Assembly: GCA_024704765.1 (NCBI GenBank)
Contig: JAKMXF010000011.1
Location: 947,973 to 1,011,972, forward strand
Length of the DNA stretch: 64,000 bases
Direction of reading: 5' to 3'
From: Oopsacas minuta
Taxonomy: Eukaryota; Animalia; Porifera
Shown: piece by piece, positions 21,101 through 30,533 of the stretch
How the letters are laid out: the number at the start of each line of letters is the position of its first letter
Numbering within the stretch: position 1 is the first letter of the stretch
Notes under the pieces: generated by a model
The model's input: the letters and a program-made list of their open reading frames with translations, nothing else
The model's database searches: none
Told to the model about the DNA's origin: nothing
Program-made: the position numbers and the translations under genes

Positions 21101-21607
21101 AAATGGTATGTACCAGCTAATCTCGTAGTGCTAGTGAATCCCTTTGCTGAACCTGACACAGCTAACTTCGAGAATTCTGTCGTATTCCCATTCTCTACTT
21201 TTCAGTACTTAATCATTGCATTTGTATTTTCAGTAGGTCCCCCTTATCGTAAGCCTTTCTACACGAATTTATATTTTGTCATCTGCTTCATATTCCTAAC
21301 TCTAATATCCCTGGTGTTCGCCTTCCTTCCTGGACATGACCTGAATATCCTACACCAGATATACACGTTCATACAGATAAAGTACATATACTCATGGACG
21401 TTCAAATTAGGCGTGATTCTATTCGCAGGGGTGCATCTATGTGTATCTCTCATTGTAGAGGATTTTATTATTCAGACTGAATGGTTCCGTGTTTTCGTTC
21501 ATTTCTTTCTTTGCAAAAGACGACAGAAGAACTTGTACAAACGTCTGCTGGTAGACTTGAAGAAAGGAACTGATGTGTTCAGAGATGCGGTACTAAATAT
21601 AGGATAA
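18155..21607 (+). CDS. P5B-type ATPase (ATP13A2-5 family, probable polyamine transporter), intronless
   Basis: TGES, DKTGT phosphorylation site, PPSLP in M4 (P5B PPALP type), KGSPE, TGDN, CGDGANDCGALK; acidic residues in SDLFTTAVPP and QYLYIDL retained. Confidence 0.95.
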   Translation: MAAREYTTNSTNTTTSKSEDSRGEVEIRILIWYKVNQWLVVLFYLLGFLSLGILLLFSYWFPRIKSYFIGHRCFVKDATHVLIRDVDNDWNIVKICSVDLENSDSLVINNSQEEHEHARLVVEQTYQFRYFIFRQSRYIVDELEGEARKQTAYDVGYTCEQIYELAGQDTSQYSKDRAKVYGPNLIDVPVKSYLQLFVEEILNPFYIFQVFSIIIWVLVNYYYYAGAVFLISSISIVLSLYQTRKNMIQLKNMIAFSCKVTVHRGKSVYHNTPSNALYPGDVIEIPRTGLRVPCDCVLISGNAIVNESMLTGESVPVFKTPLLHEAELYSVTANKRQNLFNGTDVIQTRNLPNSKVLAFVIRTGYSTSKGELVRSILYPKPTRLRFYKQSLKFLIFLILLGVIGMLYTLVYQAIRGQEPFEIFLLMSDLFTTAVPPSLPAAMTVGMIYALARLKKHRIYCISPQRINVCGKIKCVCFDKTGTLTEDGLDFWGVVPVGKTFEQPVHNPRKLGITPLITAMSSCHSLTLINNQLVGDSVDINMFKATGWELEEPQDETNRFDLLVPVLVRAPYTDCSYEAGILHQYPFSSELQRMSVVVKCLRDEQPENLMLYSKGSPEMIASLSTPDSIPKDFNEVLALYTNMGLRVLAIGCKELTIPWHKVSRIPRNDMETDLKFLGLFLMQNKLKPITTSVIRELNTADIRVVMITGDNMLTAVNVALECEVIQPRSEVFIISLNDTSLNQGIDSDIIFTPHNPELQQAPMLEGNPLTQLPSTNYCLAISGTTFELIHRHASRYLLIAILLKCVVFARMSPKLKSIIVEELQKLGYVVAMCGDGANDCGALKTADVGVSLSDSEASVASHFTSKIQDVSCIPVVIKEGRTALVTAFSIFKFMALYCVIEFTSVVIMYWWLSNLGDWQYLYIDLIQVFALALVMGYTKPYSRLAYRRPSANLVNSINLISCGVHILLAIGFQISSYILLRTTKWYVPANLVVLVNPFAEPDTANFENSVVFPFSTFQYLIIAFVFSVGPPYRKPFYTNLYFVICFIFLTLISLVFAFLPGHDLNILHQIYTFIQIKYIYSWTFKLGVILFAGVHLCVSLIVEDFIIQTEWFRVFVHFFLCKRRQKNLYKRLLVDLKKGTDVFRDAVLNIG

Positions 21608-21713
21608 TAGAGTGTGTAAACTTCTGCTAGCTATAATGTTATTATTTTGCTATATAACTTGTGTATTTTGCTTTATATTTAGAAAAGTCTTTATCTGGTT
21701 TATTAATAGAATA

Positions 21714-22448
21714 ATGCTACACACAGTTACACAAGGTAGAGAGGTTGTAATAGATCCTCTTACTGGGAATTCTTATTACCAGTCTTCCCACTCATCTACA
21801 ACACTAAAGTCTAATAAATCCTTATTTGATATCACTCCTATTCAAGAGAGGTCCCTTACAGAGGCTGGTACTACTCGATTAACATTAGATAATACTGCTT
21901 GTAGCAGAGAACGTAACTCTTCTGTCGTTTTAGAAACAAATAGTTTCCATTCACAACCTCTAATCACTAATTCTAAATGTTGCAAGTTCTGGTCACAAGA
22001 GTGTTTTGCGTTTTCTAAATCAGACATAAAATCAGCTGTTTTTATTAATCAAATAGATAAGAAGTTTCTTTGTTGTATACTGTCAGTTAATAATAAAGAT
22101 ATATTAGTGTTGTTTGATCAACACGCTGTACACGAGAGAATACGATTAGAGAGTTTGCTATCAGAGGTTAAGACCAATAACCAATATTCTATTCCCAATT
22201 CTCAGCTCCTAGCACTGCAATCTAAGGCTTGTCATGGAGCAATAAAGTTTGGTGATAAGCTAGATAGAAATTGTTCTATAAAGCTATTGGATTCACTAAC
22301 TAAATGCAATTTACCTTTCCAATGTGCTCACGGCCGACCTTCTATTGCTCCTCTTCTTAATATTTCAAACTCTAAACGAGAAGCAAATCCATACAGATTC
22401 GAATGCAATAAATTGAGAAAATTACATGACTTTGAAAGAAATCATTAA
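21714..22448 (+). CDS. MLH3: Truncated MLH3-like MutL C-terminal endonuclease (no ATPase domain, regulatory subdomain deleted)
   Basis: DQHAVHERIRLE (DQHA-x2-E-x4-E), KACHGAIKFGD, LPFQCAHGRPSIAPL. First ATG at 21714; a possible acceptor at 21682 may indicate a short upstream exon. Confidence 0.75.
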   Translation: MLHTVTQGREVVIDPLTGNSYYQSSHSSTTLKSNKSLFDITPIQERSLTEAGTTRLTLDNTACSRERNSSVVLETNSFHSQPLITNSKCCKFWSQECFAFSKSDIKSAVFINQIDKKFLCCILSVNNKDILVLFDQHAVHERIRLESLLSEVKTNNQYSIPNSQLLALQSKACHGAIKFGDKLDRNCSIKLLDSLTKCNLPFQCAHGRPSIAPLLNISNSKREANPYRFECNKLRKLHDFERNH

Positions 22449-22761
22449 TACAGTGTTGCAGTTTGTGCTTATTTACTTGAGATCTACATATTACGTCATC
22501 CACGTGTCTGTACTATTACCAAACAATCTGTTATTAAAACCATTAATAACTAACGTCTACTCCTCCCACTAATTTAATGTTTTGACTCCAAACTCATAAG
22601 CACCTGCTACGTAGACTGCATGGCTCATATTATAGCAGGCCATTTATTAGATTATGTCGCTATAAGTCATTAACGTTATACTTTCTATTTCAGGAAAGCT
22701 ATACCCTTGTGGCATAATATATATAGAGATTGTGCATATTACAAAATAGTTAAGTAAAAAT

Positions 22762-23982
22762 ATGAGTGCTGTAAATATCCCTATTAAACTCGACGGTAAA
22801 ACTAAGTCCCCTGGAGGTTCAAAGGTCATTCCAAAGGACAATACTCCGTCTCCTGGCTCTGAAAAGAAGTTTTCCACCACGACCTCTCAGGCTAAATCTA
22901 ATATTCCCAAATCTTCTGTAACCAAATATCAATCCTATTCAAACAGATCTCAATCTTCACATGGCAGCTTCAATAAGGATAAAGTGAATGGAGGGAAATC
23001 TGAGGATTCCCATAATATAACTAGAACACGTGATTGTAATAGTAAGACAGCTCTTGGTCATAACTCAGGATTGACAGAACGTAAAGTTTATAGTCACTCT
23101 AAAGTACCTGATAGGATAAAACATAAGAGCGTAACAAACAATAATTCCATGGAACAAGATTCCCTGACTTATTCCAGTCCTGAACCATCTCCTCCAGCTT
23201 CTCCCCCGCTTAATGAGACCAGTGATGATTCTGTTGTCGTATCGGATAACCCTGAGGAACACATGAAGGCCCCGTTTATCATAAAGAAGGCTGAACCAGA
23301 CGATAACACTCATGTACATAACCAATACGATTCAGCTTCAGATGCTCGTACACTCACACCTATTTGTTGTCACGCTACTCTCCTCGCTTCTAAGAAACGC
23401 CCCGCTAACAAGAGGCCTGGACATCTAAGGCACATGAAAACCCTCAGTGTAAATCGCATCCAAACACTCAAAGATTATTTGAGCATTTATGAAGAACGTC
23501 TAGGACGTATTAAGGCGGATCAACCTTTACTTTTGGGAGAAGCAAGGCAGGGATTAGAAGAAGTAATTACAAGAGCTACTCAGCAATGGAATGGATTGCA
23601 AACTGAAATTGATCAGCAATACGAAGAGCTAATTAAAGATACAGAATCTCATAAAGCTAGGATTATTAAGGAGCTTAAGGATTTGGAATCTTTACAGAGT
23701 GAATCTTCTACACTATACGATATTTGTGACCTGGAAGAAGATGATAATAACCTAGGAAAATGGGTATACTCTATCAAGGAGAGATATAACCAAACTCTAT
23801 CTCTCTGCGATAATACAGATGCTACAGACTTCCTACCTTCAATCTCTATTGAGAGAATTGATGAAATTAGAGCAAATTACGAATCTCAAATACTTAAGCT
23901 TACAAACACAAATCTATTGTTGGGTACTCCTGCTGTAGCTAACTCAGTATCGAAAGATATTCCACGTACGTCAACTTTATGA
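22762..23982 (+). CDS. Hypothetical protein: Ser/Lys-rich disordered N-terminus and coiled-coil C-terminus
   Basis: 406-aa ATG ORF; heptad-rich region from about IQTLKDYLSIYEERL onward. Confidence 0.7.
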   Translation: MSAVNIPIKLDGKTKSPGGSKVIPKDNTPSPGSEKKFSTTTSQAKSNIPKSSVTKYQSYSNRSQSSHGSFNKDKVNGGKSEDSHNITRTRDCNSKTALGHNSGLTERKVYSHSKVPDRIKHKSVTNNNSMEQDSLTYSSPEPSPPASPPLNETSDDSVVVSDNPEEHMKAPFIIKKAEPDDNTHVHNQYDSASDARTLTPICCHATLLASKKRPANKRPGHLRHMKTLSVNRIQTLKDYLSIYEERLGRIKADQPLLLGEARQGLEEVITRATQQWNGLQTEIDQQYEELIKDTESHKARIIKELKDLESLQSESSTLYDICDLEEDDNNLGKWVYSIKERYNQTLSLCDNTDATDFLPSISIERIDEIRANYESQILKLTNTNLLLGTPAVANSVSKDIPRTSTL

Positions 23983-25214
23983 CGTGATACATCTAATTAT
24001 AATTCTGCATATACTTTTGTGGTTATTAGTTATATGTATATTTGTTGTTATATTACCCTCTGCTAACTTTAAATTTATATAATATTGTATAATTTCTTGT
24101 ACACTGCGTCAATAGAATCTTATACTGCACTATATATGGACATTCATTGCCATATTTATCTGAAAATTATCCTATAATTATCTGCCAATTTTCCTTAATA
24201 CTCGCCGTTACTAGAACAATACTAATCGCTTCTTAGAGATTGATTTGTAATTTGTTAACAAGTGATTACTCCATGGCCTCATTACGTGCACAAGTTCATA
24301 CTCTAATCTCTGGAGTGTCTGGTTATGCACATTTTTGTGTATTCAGTCAACACCAAAATTCTCACCACGATAGCTTTTTATCACAGAATACTGTGAAAAT
24401 CTTTTGAATAAATAAGATAATATATTCTCTATATAGCTATATTAGTAATATTAATAATTTTACGTTTATGATTGTATTCAATTAATTTTCTGAGATTACT
24501 GTCGCAATGCTAACACTGCAATATACTGCATATAACGTCAATGAGATCTCTTTTATTGCAATTTTAATAAAGTAATGGGTCAGGACCCTTGTTCTAATAC
24601 TTGGTTATTCAATGGATTTTCCTTTTGATTACACATGATTATGCCTCAGTATGATATCATTTAATTTAGAGTAATCTCTTCGCGATTTTACCCCTGTGTA
24701 TGATAATAACCATTACTGCTGTATATACAGCAATAATTCTACCCTTATTCACTGACTTAACGTACATTATGCTTCATAAAGATAATGATGTTTGTATCAT
24801 GTGATTGTAAATATATTTATGATTGTATTTGCTTTTTTTCTAAATTCAAATTTCGGTTATTTATAGTTTGAGCTAATTATTTGTCCATTTTTGGAAAGTG
24901 TAAATTGCTGTATCTTCGGAAATTCTTGTCATCTAAGCGATGTTGCATGAATTTTCCCTAAACTAGTTGACCTACGTTCATAGCTACCCTATGAGTTTCA
25001 TGTTACTCACGTGTTTAATATTTTACAGATTTGTATGTACTTTCATTAGTTTCATATTTTAATTAGATAAATCCCCAGTTTTTACTGTTAATCATTACTT
25101 ACACTTGTCTCAATTACATTTATTAATAATATTCAATTCCCTTGATATGTTATCCCACAGAGACAGGCATTATGCAATACCATGACAGTACTATCACATA
25201 TGCTGTGAGGTAAT

Positions 25215-25224
25215 GGGACTTTCC
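25215..25224 (+). promoter_or_regulatory. Perfect NF-kappaB consensus site GGGACTTTCC
   Basis: Exact match in the intergenic gap about 270 bp beyond the stop codon of the death-fold adaptor gene. Function unshown. Confidence 0.3.
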
Positions 25225-25495
25225 TATCTGTGTTAATCTAAGGCTACTGTGAATCCTATTTGTATTAATGGTGAGTTAATAAGATAGAATGTGTCTCATT
25301 TTATTTTTGCATAATAATACCGTCTTAAAGCTCTTCTCATTGTGGTGTCCGTCTTAAATCATTAACAAATGAGTTATATGATTCAACTTATTAGACAAAC
25401 ACTTAAAATAGCTTAAATAAATACTTAAAGCCCATTGCCAGCTTGCTGCTACAGTTTTGCGTTTAATTATGTTTAAAATCACTACTAAATCAATT

Positions 25496-26425
25496 CTACT
25501 TTAATGCTACTCTTGAAACAGCTACTGGGAAGTTGCCTTTAACTATTCCTCTTAAGTTCGATTTGCATAGAGCTCTAGCAAATGCCAATAGACTACAGTC
25601 CTCACTCAAACTCTTCCATAGTGTTATCATCCGCACTACTTGGTCTTTCAATCTTCTTGAGTCATATTCGATTTCATCAATCTTTCCTTCTTCCAACTTG
25701 AATCCTTTCCTCGCTACTGTTTTCCATTCACGACCTATTTCACTAGCTATAACGTCAATAAATTCCGGACTAATCGGGGAGTTAACTTCCTCTGGCTCAT
25801 CTACAGGAGATTTAGATTCTGGGGTCGTGTTACCTGTGTTTATTACTTGTATTGGTCCGTTGTATGTGAGATTGTTTATTGTCATTGCACCGCCGTTAAC
25901 CTCTGCTCTGTAATTATTCTCATTAGCGAATACTTGTTTCTGGAAATTAAATTCATAAGGAGTAGAGCTGTGGCTAGGTGGGGGAGGAGGTTGGAAGGTA
26001 AATTCAGGATTCAGTGTACTTTGTCTGTAGTAATTGTTGTATTCCGAGAATTGTGCTCGTGCGAAATGAATGTTCTCATTGTTTGGGCACATTGGGTCAA
26101 CTGGTGAAGGAAAATCCATTTTCTTTGAATGATTATTTTGCTTATAAGCTAGGAGATGTTCTAGATTGTTCTCTTTAAGAAAATCAACTAATATTGGATC
26201 TTGCCAAGGGTCGAGTAGATCTTGTTTCTTGAGAATGTCAAATATATTCAGAATTGTGTATTTATCCATTTCTGAAAGTTGGGATTCACTGAAATAGATT
26301 TCGTAATATAAACTTTTTGCTATTAACCAGTTTTTAAATTGTTTCACTTGCTCGGGACTTAGCTTTCTAGAAATCTTTACTAAATAACATGAGTAGATGA
26401 AGAAAGTGTCTTGTTTGAATTCCAT
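25496..26425 (-). CDS. FADD-like adaptor: N-terminal DED-like domain, Asn-rich linker with RHIM-like motif, C-terminal death domain
   Basis: DD: FIDVIASEIGREWKTVARKGFKLEEGKIDEIEYD...LKDQVVRMITLWK...LARAL-like end. N-terminal helical domain YLVKISRKLSPEQVKQFK...IFDILKKQDLL resembles a DED. Confidence 0.75.
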   Translation of the reverse strand: MEFKQDTFFIYSCYLVKISRKLSPEQVKQFKNWLIAKSLYYEIYFSESQLSEMDKYTILNIFDILKKQDLLDPWQDPILVDFLKENNLEHLLAYKQNNHSKKMDFPSPVDPMCPNNENIHFARAQFSEYNNYYRQSTLNPEFTFQPPPPPSHSSTPYEFNFQKQVFANENNYRAEVNGGAMTINNLTYNGPIQVINTGNTTPESKSPVDEPEEVNSPISPEFIDVIASEIGREWKTVARKGFKLEEGKIDEIEYDSRRLKDQVVRMITLWKSLSEDCSLLAFARALCKSNLRGIVKGNFPVAVSRVALK

Positions 26426-28482
26426 TTGATTTGTTATTTTTCTTGATTCAATACATTGTAATGAAAATCTGAAATATCAAATTCTTGTATTTATACTCCT
26501 CCCCGACCTCCCAAAATCAAAGCGGGTAGTCTCCCTCAGGATTTATAAATAATAATCATAAATATATCCTGCACTTTCAGTATCTGTATTACATTCCTAG
26601 CATTCTCTAATACGTTAGCTATATCTATAGGGAAATATCTAGTCTAACGATCCCTATCGCTCCTATAATACAGCTACAGTTTGTCAATTAGTTCCTAATC
26701 TGTTCTAAATTATTATCTCTATATATTAAGGGAAAGTCATTTCTAATTAATTAAATAACTCAATATTCTCATCAATACGGTTGATAATAAGGGTTTAATG
26801 ATAGACATATGTCTGTGATTGCCTTTCATTTACGTGAAAATTGAATGTTTTACGAAATGATTTGGAGATTTATAAGCCCCGCTTCTAAACAGGATTTATC
26901 ATTTTATAATTATGATATTTAGCATTTCTAGAGATTTTGTATTATTGTAAAGCTATTTTATTTATTATACAGAATTATGTAATATTTGATATTTATACAA
27001 CACCTATATCGTTAATCTGTACTATGCAATATCTTTATATTGCTTACATCTTCATAAATATTATCCAACTGTTTGTATACAAATTCTTGTTTATTCCTGA
27101 TATATTCTTATTGAACAACAAACAAACAAATTAGCTATACTTGAGGACAAATTACCTCATTAATAAATGTATATTTACATGTGTTTATCATTGCAAATGC
27201 AATTATACAGAAATGTTGTATTTCTATAGAAATCTGGACATATTATTATAATGGAAATTATTCTAGCTAACCAAGCGTGTTTTAATATGTCCTCTCATCT
27301 AAATGAGTATTGTGTACTAGCAAATGTGCTGGAGCAAGTATACATAAATTTGATCAGCTGGTATCTATTGATTTGTCTTGTAACAGATTGTAGATATTTA
27401 TATATTATTTGATTTGTTATTCAAATTCTCTTACAAGATAATGTGGATAAAATGTTTGTGTTGGATGACAGCTTGAATGGAATATCAGTGAATAGCACCC
27501 TTACCGCCTGATACGAATACTGATAATATTCAGTTTTGGTTGCAACCTTGAATAAGAATATAGACAATTATGGTTAGTATCCATAGTCTAATTTTGTACT
27601 TTAATGTTTATAGAATAATAATAGCAATGTTCTATGCTATCCTATGTATCTACGTAGAGCATACACAATTTTCACATGTGTGTTAGGTTGAAACATATTA
27701 ATACATATGAAATCAGCTGTTTGTTAATAATGCGTAGGTATTTACTTTATCAACTGATATGACTATATTATTATATGTGCTATATTCGCCTATTTCATGC
27801 TACAAATACAGAGCTATTCGTCCTATGATTAAATTTATATCTCTTATATTAACATGATGTGATATTCAACAGTATTCCATAGTAAACCGCAATTTGGAAT
27901 TGGAAGATTTGTATTGGAGTTAGAACTTCTTTTTTTGTGTTTGCTGGTTTTTGAACAAGTCTAAGTCAATTTGTTCTAACCTTTAGAAAGCAGACAATTA
28001 ATATATTCTATGTCAGTCTGAATGGATACGAAGCTTAGTCGCAATATATTTTATTAACTCTGCTTATTATTTAAAATATTTAATATTATTATAATTATGG
28101 ATTATCAGGCTTGTTAGCTTATAATAGATTACTATTAGACACAACTTTTTCTTTGTAATCTTTGTTAATTGTGCAATTCTGCTAAGCAATCTCTTCTGAT
28201 TAATGATATATCTCTGTTAATATTATATATGATAATGATAATTTTCTATAAATCTTAGGTCAAAAAATTGAATTTACACGCTAATGAATAAATTAGAAAG
28301 TACATCATCACTCTACAGGATCGCTGAATTATCAAATATTATTGGAATAATACTCTTTGTTTTATTGTTTTTCGTATTCATAAACTAAGTCTCAACACGC
28401 GTGTGTGAAAATATGATTAACTGATAAACAGTTTAATTATAAATAATGCAAGGTTTTCGTGAGTGAATAAATCTTTCCCGGC

Positions 28483-28536
28483 TTACTTACTTACTTACTT
28501 ACTTAATTAATTACTTACTTACTTACTTAATTACTT
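28483..28536. repeat. Imperfect (TTAC)n / (TTAA)n microsatellite
   Basis: cttacttacttacttacttacttaattaattacttacttacttacttaattactt. Confidence 0.9.
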
Positions 28537-28662
28537 CATTAATTATTTTATTATTAATGTTGGAGTATTTAATTAAATATTAATGTATTAAAATGTATTT
28601 TCTAGAATTAACAAGTAAGGGAGTTGATACATAAATCGGTCGGTATTTTGAGATATTGTCTT

Positions 28663-28968
28663 CTATAAAATACTACATCCTTGTCCTAAAGTAAACGATT
28701 TCCCTGTCAAATTGTCAAAATAATCTTCAGATAATAACGTATTTCCACTGTAACCCCCTCTTGTAAGCAGTCTTGCTTCTAATCTAGACCCGTTTTTTAT
28801 TGAATAATCAGAAGTGTATCTGTCCTCACTCAGTAGTCTATCTCTGTGATAAAGTTCAATGAGATGAGGAGCTGTACAAATCTTGCTTTTCAATTCCTCA
28901 ATCGTGCAATCTTTTATATAAAACTCAGTTGGAATTCTCATTATCTCGACTAGTATGTAAAATCCCAT
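28663..28968 (-). CDS. Ubiquitin-like domain ending in LLTRGG followed by a 29-aa extension; may be a pseudogene remnant
   Basis: TIEELKSKI and IELYHRDRLLSEDRYTSDYSIKNGSRLEARLLTRGG align with ubiquitin TIENVKAKI and [36 protein letters not shown]. Confidence 0.6.
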   Translation of the reverse strand: MGFYILVEIMRIPTEFYIKDCTIEELKSKICTAPHLIELYHRDRLLSEDRYTSDYSIKNGSRLEARLLTRGGYSGNTLLSEDYFDNLTGKSFTLGQGCSIL

Positions 28969-30533
28969 TTCTCTTATTTGCAGTAATAGAGCCTGGTTGT
29001 GTGTACTTTGTATCTAAGTAGAATATTCTGTTTATTCTACACTCACTGGTATTTATATATACCATTCCACTAGCCATCAAATGCTGTACGTATATTATAC
29101 GAGTGCGATAATATTTTATAGACTCTCCTGTCAAGTACAGCAAATTATATTTCAATTAAAACTGGCGGAGTTGAAGCCAATTACTAATGAGTAGATTCCG
29201 TACATTAGTGATAAATTTGTGATTATAGCCAGGTGGTATTTGTCTTCTTTTGATGGCAGTAATATATGGAATTCTAATCTAAGTGACGATTGCTAAACGC
29301 TCGAATGTAACTGTCAACAAGAAATTTGCCCATTTTTGTCTGCTGTCTTGTTATCTACTTATTAACTAAGTTGATAGAAAGATTTTATCAGAATACTGGC
29401 GAATTCTTTGTAGAAAAATTGTAAAACTTCTGAATTAAGGATTATAATTATCATATCCCTACGCTAATATTTGTGTTTGTTTGATCTCGATCGACAAATA
29501 ATTGAGTTTAATTGCATATGTTTTTCCATATGTTTCTTATCTTTAAGAGGCTTACTTAAAGATATAATTAATATTCTATATAATATGACTCAAATATCTT
29601 TGCAGAAATTTCTTACTCTCATTTATTTAGAAATTTTCACAAGTCCACTCAATTTTAAACTCATTTGTTCTTACCCAGATCAAATACATTGGGTTAATAG
29701 CTTGGTAATTCTTAAAGTGCTTAGTTTCATTGAGAATACTTTTGAACTGTTTGGCTTTGTATCCCGTTGTTAGTGTTCGAATCTTCCTCACAAGGACTTG
29801 TTTCTATTAACTGATTATTTTATTTTGTTATCGTATTATTCATGACTTGTTAACTCTAAATTTCCTACATCTGATTTCATTTAGGTTTGGAGTCACAGTT
29901 TCGTTAGCTAACGAATTAATTGTGGTTGAATCATGTAAAATGGTCTTTCAAACTTCCTACGCTTAAACTCTAACGTTGATGATCAGAATTTAGTTCTGAT
30001 TACAGCTGAGGATAAAAATGTCAAATATTTGGATTCGTATGGCGACAGAGTGGTTGCATTCAAATACATTGTGAAGCCAATTTTGAATTTATTCGAATCT
30101 TTTAATTAATTGCAAATCAGTGAGATAAATCGTACAGCTAAAGGTGCTCCCATGATCGTATAGTTTTCAATAATTAGATTAGTATCGATAAAACTAAATT
30201 CCAATAAAATGTTGCCATAGGAGATAACCATTGCGGAGGCAATACATTATTTGCACTTAACTTTATCCAAATTTGCTCCAACTAATTAACTCGAAGAAAG
30301 TTCTGTAATTGAATCTCCCATTTATTTGCATGTGTTAAGCGTTTATATAAGGTTGTACATACCACGTGAACTAGCTCACACAACAGGACATACTTATTAT
30401 GTGAATGAATTTGCATATTATAATTGTGAGTATGGCAAAACTCAACATTTTCTTGATATGTTTAGTCTATAAACGCTTGTTTATTGCATTTACACTTTGC
30501 ACTTTGAATTCATTATTGGCTAATTAGCATATT

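Noticed and set aside
22490-22510. CRE-like plus E-box cluster (TTACGTCATCCACGTG)
   Set aside because: Short motifs expected by chance, with no independent support.
29160-29460. Rhodopsin-GPCR-like fragment WANFLLTVTFERLAIV on the minus strand
   Set aside because: Flanked immediately by stops and no other TM segment aligns in frame; could be chance.
29770-29790. GTTCGAATC resembling a tRNA T-loop
   Set aside because: No T-stem pairing, D-arm or acceptor stem.
24400-30300. Minus-strand frames that read through if TAA/TAG were Gln (alternative code or foreign DNA)
   Set aside because: Stop density is close to expectation for this AT content, TGA stops also occur, and all recognisable genes use the standard code.
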